Source: an uncultured Methanoregulaceae archaeon
GTDB lineage: Archaea > Halobacteriota > Methanomicrobia > Methanomicrobiales > Methanospirillaceae
Direction of reading: 5' to 3'
Length of the DNA stretch: 64,000 nt
NCBI GenBank assembly: GCA_963737635.1
Contig: CAVTTL010000001.1
Location: forward strand, 128,001 to 192,000
Made by a program: the position numbers and the translations under genes. The notes below the pieces were generated by a model that did no database searches, had not been told where the DNA came from, and worked only from the letters and a program-made list of their open reading frames with translations. Within the stretch, counting starts at the first letter, position 1. Every line of letters starts with the position of its first letter. Shown here in pieces: positions 53,950 through 64,000 of the stretch.

Positions 53950-54571
53950 CGAGGCCAGGGCAGGAAAGATCGTCGGTATCCTTAGAGCCCGTTTCGGGGA
54001 GATTCCCTGGTGGCCGGGCGATACTGACGAAGTTATGATCGGCGCAATCCTGACCCAGCAGACCCGGTGGGAAAACGTGGAGCGGGCTCTAAGGCTCCTC
54101 AAAGAGCGGGGTCTCTGTTCCCTCTCTGCCTTGCACGCGGCAGATGCACCTGTGATTGAGGATGCCGTACGGTGCACCGGGTTTTACCGGATAAAGGCAC
54201 GCCGGCTCAAGGCGCTTGCTGCGTTTGTCACCGAGACCTGCGGGGGCGTGTCCAGGATGGACGCCCTCCCGACGGCAACTCTCCGCAAAGGCCTTCTTGG
54301 TGTCAACGGGATTGGCGAAGAAACTGCCGACAGTATCCTCTGCTACGGGTTTGGCCGGCCCAGTTTTGTCATTGACGCCTATACAGAACGCATCGCACGC
54401 TGCGCCGGTATAACAATTCCCCGCCCGGGGTTCAAAGATCTCTTCGAAGGTGTTCTCGCAAAGGAAATCCATACATACCGCCAGACCCATGCCCATATTG
54501 TTGAATATGCCAAACAGTATTGTACAAAAAAGAGGTGCGAAGGATGCAGGATTATGGCTTTGGACGGATAG
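53927..54571 (+). CDS. endonuclease III-related HhH-GPD protein
   Basis: GAILTQQTRWENV, GFYRIKA, GIGEETADSI, VIDAYT. Confidence 0.88.
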   Translation: MSGSSSGSEARAGKIVGILRARFGEIPWWPGDTDEVMIGAILTQQTRWENVERALRLLKERGLCSLSALHAADAPVIEDAVRCTGFYRIKARRLKALAAFVTETCGGVSRMDALPTATLRKGLLGVNGIGEETADSILCYGFGRPSFVIDAYTERIARCAGITIPRPGFKDLFEGVLAKEIHTYRQTHAHIVEYAKQYCTKKRCEGCRIMALDG

Positions 54572-55080
54572 GAAGACGGCTATTTGAAGAACACCTGGTC
54601 GGCGGCAACTTCGGGAACATGAGTGTCCGTGAGGGAGATGACGGTTTTCTTGTTAAGAAAACCGGGGCGTATCTCGATTCCCCGGGAGATCCCGTGTTCG
54701 TCCCGTTCGAAGGCGAAGTACCCAAAGAAGCTTCAAGCGAATACCGCGTCCATCGTGCAGTATATGCAAAAACACCGTACCGGGCGATTGTCCATGCTCA
54801 CCCACCATACGCCGTCGCCGCCTCGCTCGTGGTTGATGAGATACGGCCCTTGGACAGCGAGGGAGTAATGTTCTGCCCCCTCATACCGATCGCTACCGGT
54901 GCACCCGGTACCCAGGGCCTTGCAGATGCGGTTAGTGAAATGATGCGCCACCACAAACTGGTCATTGCACGGGGACATGGGACATTTGCCGCTGGGGCAA
55001 CACTTGACGAAGCCTTCCTGCTCACCTCCCTTGCCGAACATGCATGCAGGGTTATTGCGTTCAGAAAGTCATTTCTTTGA
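54544..55080 (+). CDS. class II aldolase/adducin family protein
   Basis: GNMSVR, ASSE..VH, VHAHP, GHG. Confidence 0.88.
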   Translation: MQDYGFGRIGRRLFEEHLVGGNFGNMSVREGDDGFLVKKTGAYLDSPGDPVFVPFEGEVPKEASSEYRVHRAVYAKTPYRAIVHAHPPYAVAASLVVDEIRPLDSEGVMFCPLIPIATGAPGTQGLADAVSEMMRHHKLVIARGHGTFAAGATLDEAFLLTSLAEHACRVIAFRKSFL

Positions 55081-55173
55081 TGTAAACTTGCTCCTTCAAA
55101 ATGGCGCTGAAAAAAGCTAAAAGGTATTTGGCCTTCTTTTTGGGAAAATAGAGGAGACCTTATTTCTTTCGGG

Positions 55174-56097
55174 TTATTTCTGTTGCCGGGGTGGCTGGTT
55201 CAGCTGGATCTCCCGGATGATTTCGCGGTGGAATACCAGGAGCATATCTGAGATCATCCCGAACATGAAGATCTCAATCCCGACCACGATAAGAAGCACC
55301 GTTAAGATAGTAAGCGGGATGTGTTCGATGTGGCGCAGCCATTCCAGGGTGACGTATACGCCCGTAAGAATCCCAAGAAGTGTCGTGAATATACCCATAA
55401 TGCCAAAGTAGAAGAGTGGGTTGTTCACCCGGGCAAGCCGGTAAATCGTCGTTACGATCCGGATCCCGTCATGGAAAGGAGAGAGTTTTGTGGGCGTTCC
55501 CGGGCGGCGTGAATACCGTATGGGTACGACCATGATCCGCTGGCCGTTCCGTACCGCTTCCACCGACATCTCGGTCTCGATCTCAAACCCGGTCTCCTTG
55601 AGGTTCATCTGCTGGATGGATAATTTGGTAAAGGCCCGGTATCCGGAGAGGATATCATGGAGGTCCCGGCTATGGGCAAGCTTGAAAAAAAGGTTGAGGA
55701 GATGGTTGCCGAAGAGGTTGAGGCGTGAAAACGATCCTTCCTCCGCATTGATGAGCCGGTCACCAATCACCTGGTCGAACCCCAAAAAGAGGGGCGTGAG
55801 CATCTTCTCGGCATCTTTTGCCGAGTAGGTGCCGTCGCCGTCCAGCATCAGGATATACGGCTGCTCGATCACCTCGAATGCTTCAATGATAGCATTCCCT
55901 TTCCCCTTTCCCGACTGAGTCCTTACAACAGCACCGGCCTCCCGGGCATTTTTCACGGTGTTGTCCGAACTCTTGCCGTCAATGACCATGATATGGATGT
56001 AGCCCAGATTCCGGAATTCCTTTATCACCGGGCCGATAGTCAGACTTTCGTTCAATGTGGGGATAAGGATGCAGACCTCATCTTTGTTGAATTTCAT
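55174..56097 (-). CDS. aglJ: S-layer N-glycosylation glycosyltransferase AglJ (GT2)
   Basis: IPTLNE, GKGKG, MLDGDGTY, DILSGYR, two C-terminal TM segments. Confidence 0.82.
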   Translation of the reverse strand: MKFNKDEVCILIPTLNESLTIGPVIKEFRNLGYIHIMVIDGKSSDNTVKNAREAGAVVRTQSGKGKGNAIIEAFEVIEQPYILMLDGDGTYSAKDAEKMLTPLFLGFDQVIGDRLINAEEGSFSRLNLFGNHLLNLFFKLAHSRDLHDILSGYRAFTKLSIQQMNLKETGFEIETEMSVEAVRNGQRIMVVPIRYSRRPGTPTKLSPFHDGIRIVTTIYRLARVNNPLFYFGIMGIFTTLLGILTGVYVTLEWLRHIEHIPLTILTVLLIVVGIEIFMFGMISDMLLVFHREIIREIQLNQPPRQQK

Positions 56098-56135
56098 CGG
56101 TATACTATTTTTAACCGGGTGTCATAAGTGCTTCT

Positions 56136-56705
56136 ATGCACCTCCCCAAAAAAGGCCTCCGGGTACTAGGCATTGCGGAAAGTTATGCCGGTAGGACGTA
56201 CTCGACCCTCGCCGGGATCGTGATGCGCAAAGACCTTATCCTGGACGGTGTCGCGTTCTCCCGCGTAACGGTGGGTGGCACGGATGCGACCAAAGGCGTC
56301 CTCGCAATCGCCCAGACCCTTGATCGCCGGGATATCAACGTGATCTTCCTTTCAGGTTGCGTTATCGCTTTTTTCAATATCATCGACCCACACCGGGTAA
56401 ACGATTGCACGGGACTGCCGGTCGTTTGCGTAACGTATGAAGAGTCTACCGGACTGGAAGAGGATATCCGCCACCATTTTCCCGGTGACACCGGCGGCTG
56501 GACGCATACCGCCGGCTGGGCGAACGCACACCCCACATCCTGCCCGGACGGGCAGACCGTCTACCTGCGGAGCTGGGGCATTGATCCCCCGGACGCCGGC
56601 AGGCTCTGTACGGCGTTTACCCGCGAAGGAAAGATCCCCGAGCCACTCCGGGTTGCACGGCTCTCTGCCCGGGCCTCACACGTTTATACGGCGGCAGGAG
56701 AGTGA
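56136..56705 (+). CDS. DUF99 family (endonuclease V-like) protein
   Basis: [29 protein letters not shown]; probable compensating indels at 56490-56545. Confidence 0.8.
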   Translation: MHLPKKGLRVLGIAESYAGRTYSTLAGIVMRKDLILDGVAFSRVTVGGTDATKGVLAIAQTLDRRDINVIFLSGCVIAFFNIIDPHRVNDCTGLPVVCVTYEESTGLEEDIRHHFPGDTGGWTHTAGWANAHPTSCPDGQTVYLRSWGIDPPDAGRLCTAFTREGKIPEPLRVARLSARASHVYTAAGE

Positions 56706-56802
56706 ATTCCAGAGAGAGATTGCTGTTCAAATCGCTGCCCGGACAGCAGAGTTCATATCTGGCGAGGTTGATGGATACAAAAGAACTATCCGAGGTAACC
56801 AG

Positions 56803-56997
56803 ATGACACAACAGACGGTAAAACCCGCCCGCTGGGTATGTCTTGAATGCCATTACATCTATGATCCGGCAAAAGGGGATAAGACTCAGGGAATCCCCCC
56901 GGGAGTCCCGTTCGAGGATCTACCAGACACATGGCATTGCCCGGAGTGCAAGGTCCTGAAGTGTAAGAGGGGCGTATTCAAAAAACTCGATGAGTGA
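56803..56997 (+). CDS. rubredoxin
   Basis: [14 protein letters not shown]...[18 protein letters not shown]. Confidence 0.92.
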   Translation: MTQQTVKPARWVCLECHYIYDPAKGDKTQGIPPGVPFEDLPDTWHCPECKVLKCKRGVFKKLDE

Positions 56998-57132
56998 GAA
57001 GCCCGGACCAGCCTTTTTCTTTCACCGGCTTTAGAACGTAAACTGGTGCACCTTCAACCTGCCACGACCCTCCTCTTTATAATCCCGCATCTTTCCAGGT
57101 ACTGGTAATGCAGTACCGAGTTTGGCATTCAC

Positions 57133-58005
57133 ATGAAAGGTGGGATCATCACCGAGCGTGACCCTGACCTGAGCACCATCCGCATCCGGGCACCGGCGGG
57201 GTTACTCACTATTGAACAGCTACGGGGGATTGCGAAAATCGCAAAGAAGTACGGGACCGGCGTGGTCCACTGCACGACCCGCCAGACCATCGAAATCCCC
57301 CATGTCAAGTCCACTGCTTTCAAAAAACTGGCAGCCCAGCTCGAAAAGAACGGAACACCCGTCGGTTCCGAGAAAGATGAAGTCGTCAACATCATTTCCT
57401 GCCCCGGGACCGAGCGCTGTAAATTTGCCAATATCGATACCATCAGCCTCGCACAAAGGATCGATAAGAAACTCTTTGGCAAGGCGATGCCGGTTAAGAT
57501 GCGCATCGGGCTCTCGGGATGCCCCAATGCCTGCACAAGCCCCATGCTCAACGAGATCGGCGTTATCGGGAGAATCCGCCCGGTCCGCACGGCCGGCCTC
57601 TGCACCGGTTGCGGCTCCTGTGTCTATTACTGTAAAGAAGATGCCATAAAAATCCGGAATGGGGTCTCCGAGCTGGACGAGGAAAAATGCATCCAGTGCG
57701 GCATGTGTATCAAGTCCTGCTCGTTTAACCTGCTCAAATCAGCTGCTCAACCGCATTTCCTCATCACCGTTGGCGGTCGGCGGGGACGCCACCCGAAGAT
57801 CGGCAGGGAGCTCTTAACGGTGGATACCGAAGATCAGGTCCTCTTCGTCATAGAGAAGATCATAGACTGGGTGTACCGCCGAGCATGGAGCGGGAGGCTC
57901 CTCTCCGAACAGCTCGACGAACTCCAGTTCGGGAAGTTCCGCGACGAGATCCTCGGGCAGGTACCAAAATCTGAACCGGCTGGACAGGTACCGGGTAAAA
58001 TTTAA
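57133..58005 (+). CDS. sulfite reductase-like 4Fe-4S protein (Dsr-LP type)
   Basis: TTRQ, CPGTERC, SGCPNAC siroheme motif and two ferredoxin motifs. Confidence 0.88.
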   Translation: MKGGIITERDPDLSTIRIRAPAGLLTIEQLRGIAKIAKKYGTGVVHCTTRQTIEIPHVKSTAFKKLAAQLEKNGTPVGSEKDEVVNIISCPGTERCKFANIDTISLAQRIDKKLFGKAMPVKMRIGLSGCPNACTSPMLNEIGVIGRIRPVRTAGLCTGCGSCVYYCKEDAIKIRNGVSELDEEKCIQCGMCIKSCSFNLLKSAAQPHFLITVGGRRGRHPKIGRELLTVDTEDQVLFVIEKIIDWVYRRAWSGRLLSEQLDELQFGKFRDEILGQVPKSEPAGQVPGKI

Positions 58006-58038
58006 AAACAATAGATAGACCGAACTCGTAACCTGCCT

Positions 58039-59247
58039 TTACCACAGGATCACCTCCACATCGCTGCCCTTTTCAATCCCTTCCACACCTGCCGGGATGC
58101 GGACAAGCCCGTCGCTTTTCACAAGAGTATTCAGCAGTCCCGCCTTGCCAAAGACCGGAAAAGCAGTCCCGTCTTTCAGACTGACCCTGACATACTCTTC
58201 CCGGCCTTTCTGGGAAGGGATGCTATCACCAAGGATGGCCTTTGTGGTCCGGATCAGAGGCTTCTTTTCGCCGAGCATATGGCTGATAAGCGGGAGGACG
58301 ATAACGATAAGTACGACATAAGCCGAGGCCGGATGCCCCGGAAGACCAAAGACCGGTTTATTCCCTATCCTGCCAATGATCGTCGGTTTACCGGGGGCAA
58401 TGGTAACCCCGTGGACCAGCACCTCACCTGTGCCGGAAATAATGCCGGCGGTCATATCCCGGTCATCTTTGGAACTCCCCCCTGATATGAGGAGGACATC
58501 GCATTCCGGGAGGGCTTTTGACAGTGCAGCCTCAAATGACGTTCGTTCGTCCCGGACAATCCCGTACAGCCGGGGAGTACACCCGTACTCCCGGAGATAT
58601 GCCGCAAGCATGGAGGCGTTCGCATCCCGGACCTGCCCCGGCCCGGGGGTAGATTGTACCGGCACAAGCTCGTCACCGGTAGAAATAATCCCGATCACCG
58701 GTCGTTGTGCGACCGTAACTGAGGTTTTGCCACAGGTGGCAAGCACACCTGCATCCTGCGGTGAGAGCCGGCGGCCGGTCGGAAGGATAACCGCGCCGCG
58801 CTGGTAATCTTCGTCATGGAGCAATACGTTTTCGCCGTATGCGACGGGACGCTTCACCAGCACGGTATCGCCCGCCCGGTCCGTATACTCAACCATAACG
58901 ACAGCATCTGCTCCTTCCGGGAGGACGCCACCGGTGGGGATATACGCGCACCTGCCCCGGGTGACCACAAGCCCGCGCTCCCCTTCGCCCATGTAAACCC
59001 GCCCCATGCACTGGAGAAGGGCGGGGACGGTTTCGCTGGATCCGGTAGTGTCTTCTGCCTTGACCGCAAACCCGTCCACAATGGACCGGTCAAAGCCGGG
59101 GATGTCGTCTGCCGCAATCACATCTGCCTGGAGAACCCGTCCCGTTGCACCATCTGCCGGGATCTCTTCCGGCACAGGCTCCGGGGCAATGCGGACTGCG
59201 GTGTCCACCGCCTCGGGAACATTGACAAGATGGAGGAATTTACTCAT
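58039..59247 (-). CDS. moeA: molybdopterin molybdotransferase
   Basis: FDRSIVDGFAV, STGDEL, SGGSS, PGKP, LPGHP. Confidence 0.93.
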   Translation of the reverse strand: MSKFLHLVNVPEAVDTAVRIAPEPVPEEIPADGATGRVLQADVIAADDIPGFDRSIVDGFAVKAEDTTGSSETVPALLQCMGRVYMGEGERGLVVTRGRCAYIPTGGVLPEGADAVVMVEYTDRAGDTVLVKRPVAYGENVLLHDEDYQRGAVILPTGRRLSPQDAGVLATCGKTSVTVAQRPVIGIISTGDELVPVQSTPGPGQVRDANASMLAAYLREYGCTPRLYGIVRDERTSFEAALSKALPECDVLLISGGSSKDDRDMTAGIISGTGEVLVHGVTIAPGKPTIIGRIGNKPVFGLPGHPASAYVVLIVIVLPLISHMLGEKKPLIRTTKAILGDSIPSQKGREEYVRVSLKDGTAFPVFGKAGLLNTLVKSDGLVRIPAGVEGIEKGSDVEVILW

Positions 59248-59398
59248 AGAAAGCAACCCGGATGGTTGATCCTGATCCGGTTCCTTCGCACTGCTTTTTT
59301 TATTTTATCATTGCTCATCATTAGCCTCTTCGATTTACATTCTCATTGGGTTTACTTCTTTTGCATAATCACGGAAAGCAGGAGATTAGCTGCATAGT

Positions 59399-59560
59399 TT
59401 ATACCCGGAACTCCGGCCCCTTATCGAAAAGCCCCTGGTACAGTCGGGTAAAGAGGGTAGTGTACTCGGTCGCCCGCTCAGTTGCAACATACGTCGACTT
59501 TTCGCCGTCTCTCTCTATGGCGAGAAAACCGCGGCTGACCAGAAATCCGAGATATTCCTG
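59399..59560 (-). pseudogene. 3' half of a small wHTH regulator
   Basis: QEYLGFLVSRGFLAIERDGEKSTYVATERA is a recognition helix plus wing; upstream sequence belongs to the opposite-strand MFS gene. Confidence 0.55.
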
Positions 59561-60031
59561 CCCCTGTACCTTGCGTCCCTTGGCTTCCCGGCCTATCAGA
59601 TCGGGATCATCTTTGCGATCCAAGTCCTGATTATCGCCGCGACAAAGCCGGTCTTTGGCCGGATCGCCGATCGGATCGACAAGCGTGTCCAGATCGCGGC
59701 AGGCCTGCTCGTTACCGGCGGTGCTATTGCCGCGGTGCCGGCCGCGTCGACCTACCCGGGATTCCTTCTCGCAAGCGCGCTCTTTGGCCTTGGGATCTCT
59801 ATTTCCACCGTTGCGACCAGCGCGTACGTGGCTGACGTTGCAAAAAGCGATGAGATCGGGTCAGCAATGGGCGCCCTCTCATCGATCATGGACATCGGGC
59901 AGTCGTCCGGGCCGCTCGTGACCGGTGTCGTCATCACATTCGCCGGATATCCTGCAGGATTCTTAGCCTCGCTTCTCCTTGCAGCGGCGGTCACCGGGAT
60001 CTTTGTGATCTCAGCGCGGACGGGACACTAA
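59555..60031 (+). pseudogene. 3' half of an MFS transporter
   Basis: FLPLYLASLG..YQIG...KPVFGRIADRIDKR...GSAMGALSSIMDIGQSSGP; no N-terminal half. Confidence 0.75.
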
Positions 60032-60113
60032 AGTAACTTTCCGGTGCCGAGCTTATAGTAACAGGCGAAACCCTTTACGTTCGGCAGACTATGATCGCTG
60101 CTGGTGAAAAGGA

Positions 60114-60713
60114 ATGCAGTTTGCAGAGTGCGTCATGCAGCGGTATGCGACCAAGAAGTTTGACGGCAGGAAGATTCCCGAAGACAAGGTAAACAAGCTC
60201 TTTGAGCTGGTGCGGTTTGCACCGTCGGCCCTGAACCTTCAGCCCTGGAAGATCAAGATCGTCGCGGACAAGCAAACCAAAGAGGAACTCCGCCGCGCTT
60301 CAAACGACCAGGAGCAGATCCCGACCTGTTCGCACCTGCTCGTCTTCTGTGCAGATGCAGATTACGACAGCCTGATCACACGGCTCGGCGAACTGATGAC
60401 CAAAAACCATGTGCCGGCGGATGTCGTCATGATGATCACCGGGATGGCCGCCCGGTTTGTTGCCGGGATGTCACCGGAACAGCAAAAGGCATGGTCCCAA
60501 GCGCAGACCTACCTCGCAGTAGGGAATGCACTCAACGGCGCAAAATCGCTTGGTTTTGATTCCTGCCCGATGACCGGCTTTGACCCTGCGGCATACGCCC
60601 GGATCCTGCATATCCCGGCTCATCTCACTCCGGTTATGCTCTGCCCGATCGGGTACGCGGCAGACACCCCCAAACCGAAGATCCGGTATTCCCGGGACGA
60701 GCTGGTGTTCTAG
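60114..60713 (+). CDS. nitroreductase family protein
   Basis: RYATKKF, APSALNLQPW, DSCPMTGFD, IGY. Confidence 0.92.
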   Translation: MQFAECVMQRYATKKFDGRKIPEDKVNKLFELVRFAPSALNLQPWKIKIVADKQTKEELRRASNDQEQIPTCSHLLVFCADADYDSLITRLGELMTKNHVPADVVMMITGMAARFVAGMSPEQQKAWSQAQTYLAVGNALNGAKSLGFDSCPMTGFDPAAYARILHIPAHLTPVMLCPIGYAADTPKPKIRYSRDELVF

Positions 60714-61053
60714 AAGCAGGAACAACCTTTGCTTCGGCACCGACGGTCCGAGCAGGTAAAACGGATCCCCGGTCTCCCGGTGTGGAAAAACAGGTAGTAA
60801 GGGGCCGTGACGAAGATTCCACTCACACCCGTAATTTTCCGTATCCATACAGGGTCCGGCACTTTTTTTTTGAGAGAGACGATAACCAGCCCACCAAAGT
60901 CCGCCGGCCCACGAGGGGGAGCAGGTTCCGGGACATGACCACCGCACCGCAGGAAACCCGATCTCCCGGCACCGGAAAAAACAGCGAACACGACTCCCCC
61001 CCGACGTCTCTTGTATCGCAATAGTTATATAGTCAATATGTGAATATTGACAT

Positions 61054-61500
61054 ATGCTTCTGCAGACGAACGAGAAGCAGTTCGCGTTCTGGAAGATGCG
61101 GCGCAGCGGCGTGCCAAACATCACCATAGCACACCGTGTCGGCATCTCGCGGCAGGCAGTCTCCCGGGCACTCCAGCTCATGGACGGCAAAATTGAATCG
61201 ACCCTCCGGGAGATGGCACATGCAAACCAGATCGAGATTGGGCAGATCAACGCAGAACGGGGCGTCCTCATCGGGAGATCCATCCCATTCCAGACCTCCG
61301 CGATCATCTTTGTCTCGGAGAAACACGGGATCCAGGTCTGGTACGAGCATGACGGCACGTGTGGCACCTGCGCGCGGTACACCGAATGCATCGAGCTCAT
61401 CTGGGATTATGCCACCGAACTTGGCATGAAGATCGAAAAGGCTGCCGACCCGACGAAAATGGCAGAAGAATTATTTGCAAAGGTAAAGGCGATCGTATGA
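61054..61500 (+). CDS. HTH transcriptional regulator
   Basis: IAHRVGISRQAVSRAL; C-terminal CGTC...C. Confidence 0.75.
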   Translation: MLLQTNEKQFAFWKMRRSGVPNITIAHRVGISRQAVSRALQLMDGKIESTLREMAHANQIEIGQINAERGVLIGRSIPFQTSAIIFVSEKHGIQVWYEHDGTCGTCARYTECIELIWDYATELGMKIEKAADPTKMAEELFAKVKAIV

Positions 61501-62010
61501 TAACACGATTCTCAGAAATGATCAACAACTGGATGGGCTGGTGCCCGAATGTCCAGATGCTCCCGAATGCCCCGACAACCACGACCATACCTGGGGCCCC
61601 GGTCCAGGGTGAACCGATAGGAGGCGGGGACGCGGGATCAACCAGGGAGTATCGCCACTGGCGGCGGGGACGGCGCTCCCTGGTCCCGGCCGGGCTCCTC
61701 ATCGGTCTTGGTGTCGGCCTGCTCGTAGGTTATGTACCTAGCCGCCGGGTTGATCGGCCTTGGTCTTGGATTCCTGGGATCCGCAGTCGTGAATACCCAA
61801 CAGCGTACAAGCGATGAGGATGGTTCGTCGTCCCACAAGCATGGCTTTGGCATTGCCATCGTCGGGATCTTTTTTATCATCTTCGGTATCCTGATCGTCT
61901 GGGCTCCGGTCCTCATCTGGCCATACATCGGTGCCGCCTTCCTCATCCTCCTCGGGATCGGGATCCTCGTCCACAGTTTCCTCCACCACGATCACGGACA
62001 GTGGTACTAA
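61497..62010 (+). CDS. DUF1673-like membrane protein; frameshifted
   Basis: WMGWCPN N-terminal motif; hydrophobic continuation in ORF 61732..62010. Confidence 0.6.
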
Positions 62011-62088
62011 TTTTTTTTTGCGGAAGATTTGCGGAAGAGAACCATGATGGCATACCCCGGTGAAAAAAGGTATTGTTGAGGGTTGGTT

Positions 62089-62809
62089 ATGGTATCCACC
62101 GAACTGAATGCCGCAAACGACGTTGAGCATTTCAACCGCTGGTCGAAGACCTACGAGGCATCATGGATGCAGCGCCTGTATTTCGACCGTATCCACAAAC
62201 GGGTCCTTGCCGTCAGCCGGTGCCGGGCCTGCTCCCGGCAGCATCGTGGATGTCGGGTGCGGGACCGGGAGATTGCTGCGGAAAGCCCGGGAACGCTGGC
62301 CCCATGCGCACCTGATCGGTGTCGATCCGGCAGAAGGCATGGTGAAAAAAGCCCGGCTCATGATGCCGGATTCCGTGTTTATCGTGAGCCCGGCGGAATT
62401 GATACCTCTCCCGGATAGCTCAGTCGATCTCGTAGTCAGTACAACGTCGTTTCATCACTGGCAGGACCAGCTCCAGGGCATACGCGAGATCCGGCGCATT
62501 TTACGCCCCGGGGGCCCATTCCTTCTCTCTGATATGACGTTCCCTCAGTTCATGTTGAAATTCATTCACCACGGCCGGTTCTGTAATCCCCAGGAAGTCC
62601 GGGACATGTTCGAACAAGCCGGCCTGGAAGTCCGGATGCAGCGCCGGTCGTTGCTGGGACGGTCCCTGGTAACGGTTGGCATCCGGCCGTCGCTGGCCCC
62701 TAGGGATTCAGGCAAGTCTGCCGGTGAGTTGATGGGGGTCTGCTGTGGTTGGGACTCGATGGTGATCCGCACAACCCCTCAAATTCGCCAGACACTATCT
62801 GACCGATAG
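62089..62809 (+). CDS. class I SAM methyltransferase; frameshift near 62220
   Basis: FNRWSKTY in the first frame; VDVGCGTG, GVDP and SFHHW in the second. Confidence 0.8.
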
Positions 62810-62919
62810 TCTGAATGCGGGCAGCAAAAACATAGTCGCCAGACGGCCGGATAGGTGATGAAAAAAAGATCCCCGATCTTTCGGCGCTAAAAAAAAAAGG
62901 TAGTTGTTCCTGTGATTCG

Positions 62920-63498
62920 TCATTTTTTTGTAATTGACGAGAGCCAGGCACGGGGGCCGTCGGCCCTCGCACGGCTCTCGAAGACCGCCGGCCTGATGTA
63001 ATTGATGGTCCAGCCGTCGCGGAAGCAGTCCTGAATTTCTTTCTGTGTCACTCTCCGTGGGCCGTATCCGCCGGGCTCGAGTTCGGAGAAGCAGAGCATG
63101 AAGTATTTGCCGGCCGGGGCAAGGACGGCTGCGAGGTTCTCCACAAAGATCGGGCGGTCTTCGTCTGATAGGGTGTGGAAGAGCCCGGAATCGGTGGCGG
63201 TATCGAACATCCGGTTGAGTTTCCTGAGTTCCAAGGCGTCCAGGACAAGAAAATGCACGTGGACTCCTCTCCCGATAGATTTCTCCTGTGCCTTCTTGAT
63301 CGCTAAGGGAGCGGCGTCGATCCCGTACACCTCGTGACCTTCCGCGGCAAAGAAGAGCGCGTGCTCCCCGGTCCCGCACCCGATGTCCAGGATATCACCG
63401 GTTATCTCCCCTCTCCGGGCCAGGTCAACAAACTCCTTCTGGGGCCGGCCGATGTCCCAGGGAGGTGTGCCCTGGTATGCCTCATCAAAAAAATCCAT
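62920..63498 (-). CDS. class I SAM methyltransferase
   Basis: PPWDIGRPQ, LDIGCGTG, DSGLFH. Confidence 0.9.
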   Translation of the reverse strand: MDFFDEAYQGTPPWDIGRPQKEFVDLARRGEITGDILDIGCGTGEHALFFAAEGHEVYGIDAAPLAIKKAQEKSIGRGVHVHFLVLDALELRKLNRMFDTATDSGLFHTLSDEDRPIFVENLAAVLAPAGKYFMLCFSELEPGGYGPRRVTQKEIQDCFRDGWTINYIRPAVFESRARADGPRAWLSSITKK

Positions 63499-63649
63499 AG
63501 CTCACGATAGTTTCTAAGGGAGATATCAGGGTTTCTCCACGTTATAGCCGGTGCAACACTGGGGCATAGAAAGGATGCGATTTTACCGGGTACAAAGATC
63601 CGCTTCATCTGGTAGACGAGCCCTCTTAAGAGACCAAAGGGGATTGCCC

Positions 63650-64000
63650 TCAATGGGTAATGACCATCGAATCCGGCAGGGCACCGTGGTAGGCAAGGAC
63701 TTCTTTGAGCGTCATGGAGGCAAGCATCCGCGCCATGATAAGGGAGCCCGGCGAAACCCCCCGGACCTTCGCGAGCGGGTCATCCGGATCGCCGCAAGGA
63801 AGTTCACCGGATACTACCTGATCGAATACCTGTTTTATCATGTGGTTCTGGACAAACGTCAGTTCGGTCACGAAGCGCTGGCCGGGCATCCGGGCTGCAG
63901 CAAAGACGAAGCGGATCGTATCCTCGGACGGGTGCGCACTTCCTTCCGAAGAAAGTCTGAGCGTGCACGAGATTTCATACTGCTCAATTTCCCCTTTTTT
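63650..64000 (-). CDS. hypothetical protein, 5' end outside window
   Basis: Frame of ORF 63650..63889 stays open to the window edge. Confidence 0.5.
   Translation of the reverse strand, partial: KKGEIEQYEISCTLRLSSEGSAHPSEDTIRFVFAAARMPGQRFVTELTFVQNHMIKQVFDQVVSGELPCGDPDDPLAKVRGVSPGSLIMARMLASMTLKEVLAYHGALPDSMVITH

Noticed and set aside
56437-56997. 186-aa ORF suggesting a rubredoxin fusion
   Set aside because: The N-terminal part overlaps the DUF99 gene in a shifted frame; the rubredoxin has its own ATG at 56803 preceded by GAGGT.
60714-61050. Intergenic region with short GC-rich stems and T/A runs as an ncRNA
   Set aside because: No convincing extended structure or known motif could be supported by eye.

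Overview
Archaeal methanogen DNA, probably Methanomicrobiales (Methanoregula-like). The call rests on topoisomerase VI, Mmp10, F420:NADP oxidoreductase, archease/RtcB, AglJ and an intron-containing tRNA. Layout: (1) top6B/top6A. (2) A ~29 kb surface-glycan locus (1.8-31.2 kb) with glycosyltransferases, methyltransferases, radical SAM enzymes, Wzm/Wzt, gmd/fcl and a pilin, ending next to tRNA-Thr. Its core is a 9-gene cassette whose enzyme families match the lincosamide GDP-octose pathway (LmbM/L/Z/P/O/N/K/R), with an SDR in place of the aminotransferase. (3) Two small toxin-antitoxin cassettes, each bracketed by a direct duplication of a host gene end (gmd 5' end, mmp10 3' end). (4) tRNA-Met with an intron and a swapped T-loop. 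(5) A biotin/pyruvate carboxylase operon interrupted by a 4.1 kb IS5/IS903-like cargo transposon with 14-bp TIRs, a 9-bp TSD, a SWIM-DDE transposase, a zinc-ribbon microprotein and two multi-wHTH proteins. (6) Housekeeping genes (rtcB, secDF, trx, npdG, moeA and others) and a head-to-head junction of two 5'-truncated genes at ~59.56 kb. About a dozen single-base frameshifts in conserved genes are most likely sequencing or assembly indels. All calls come from reading motifs by eye; no searches were run.
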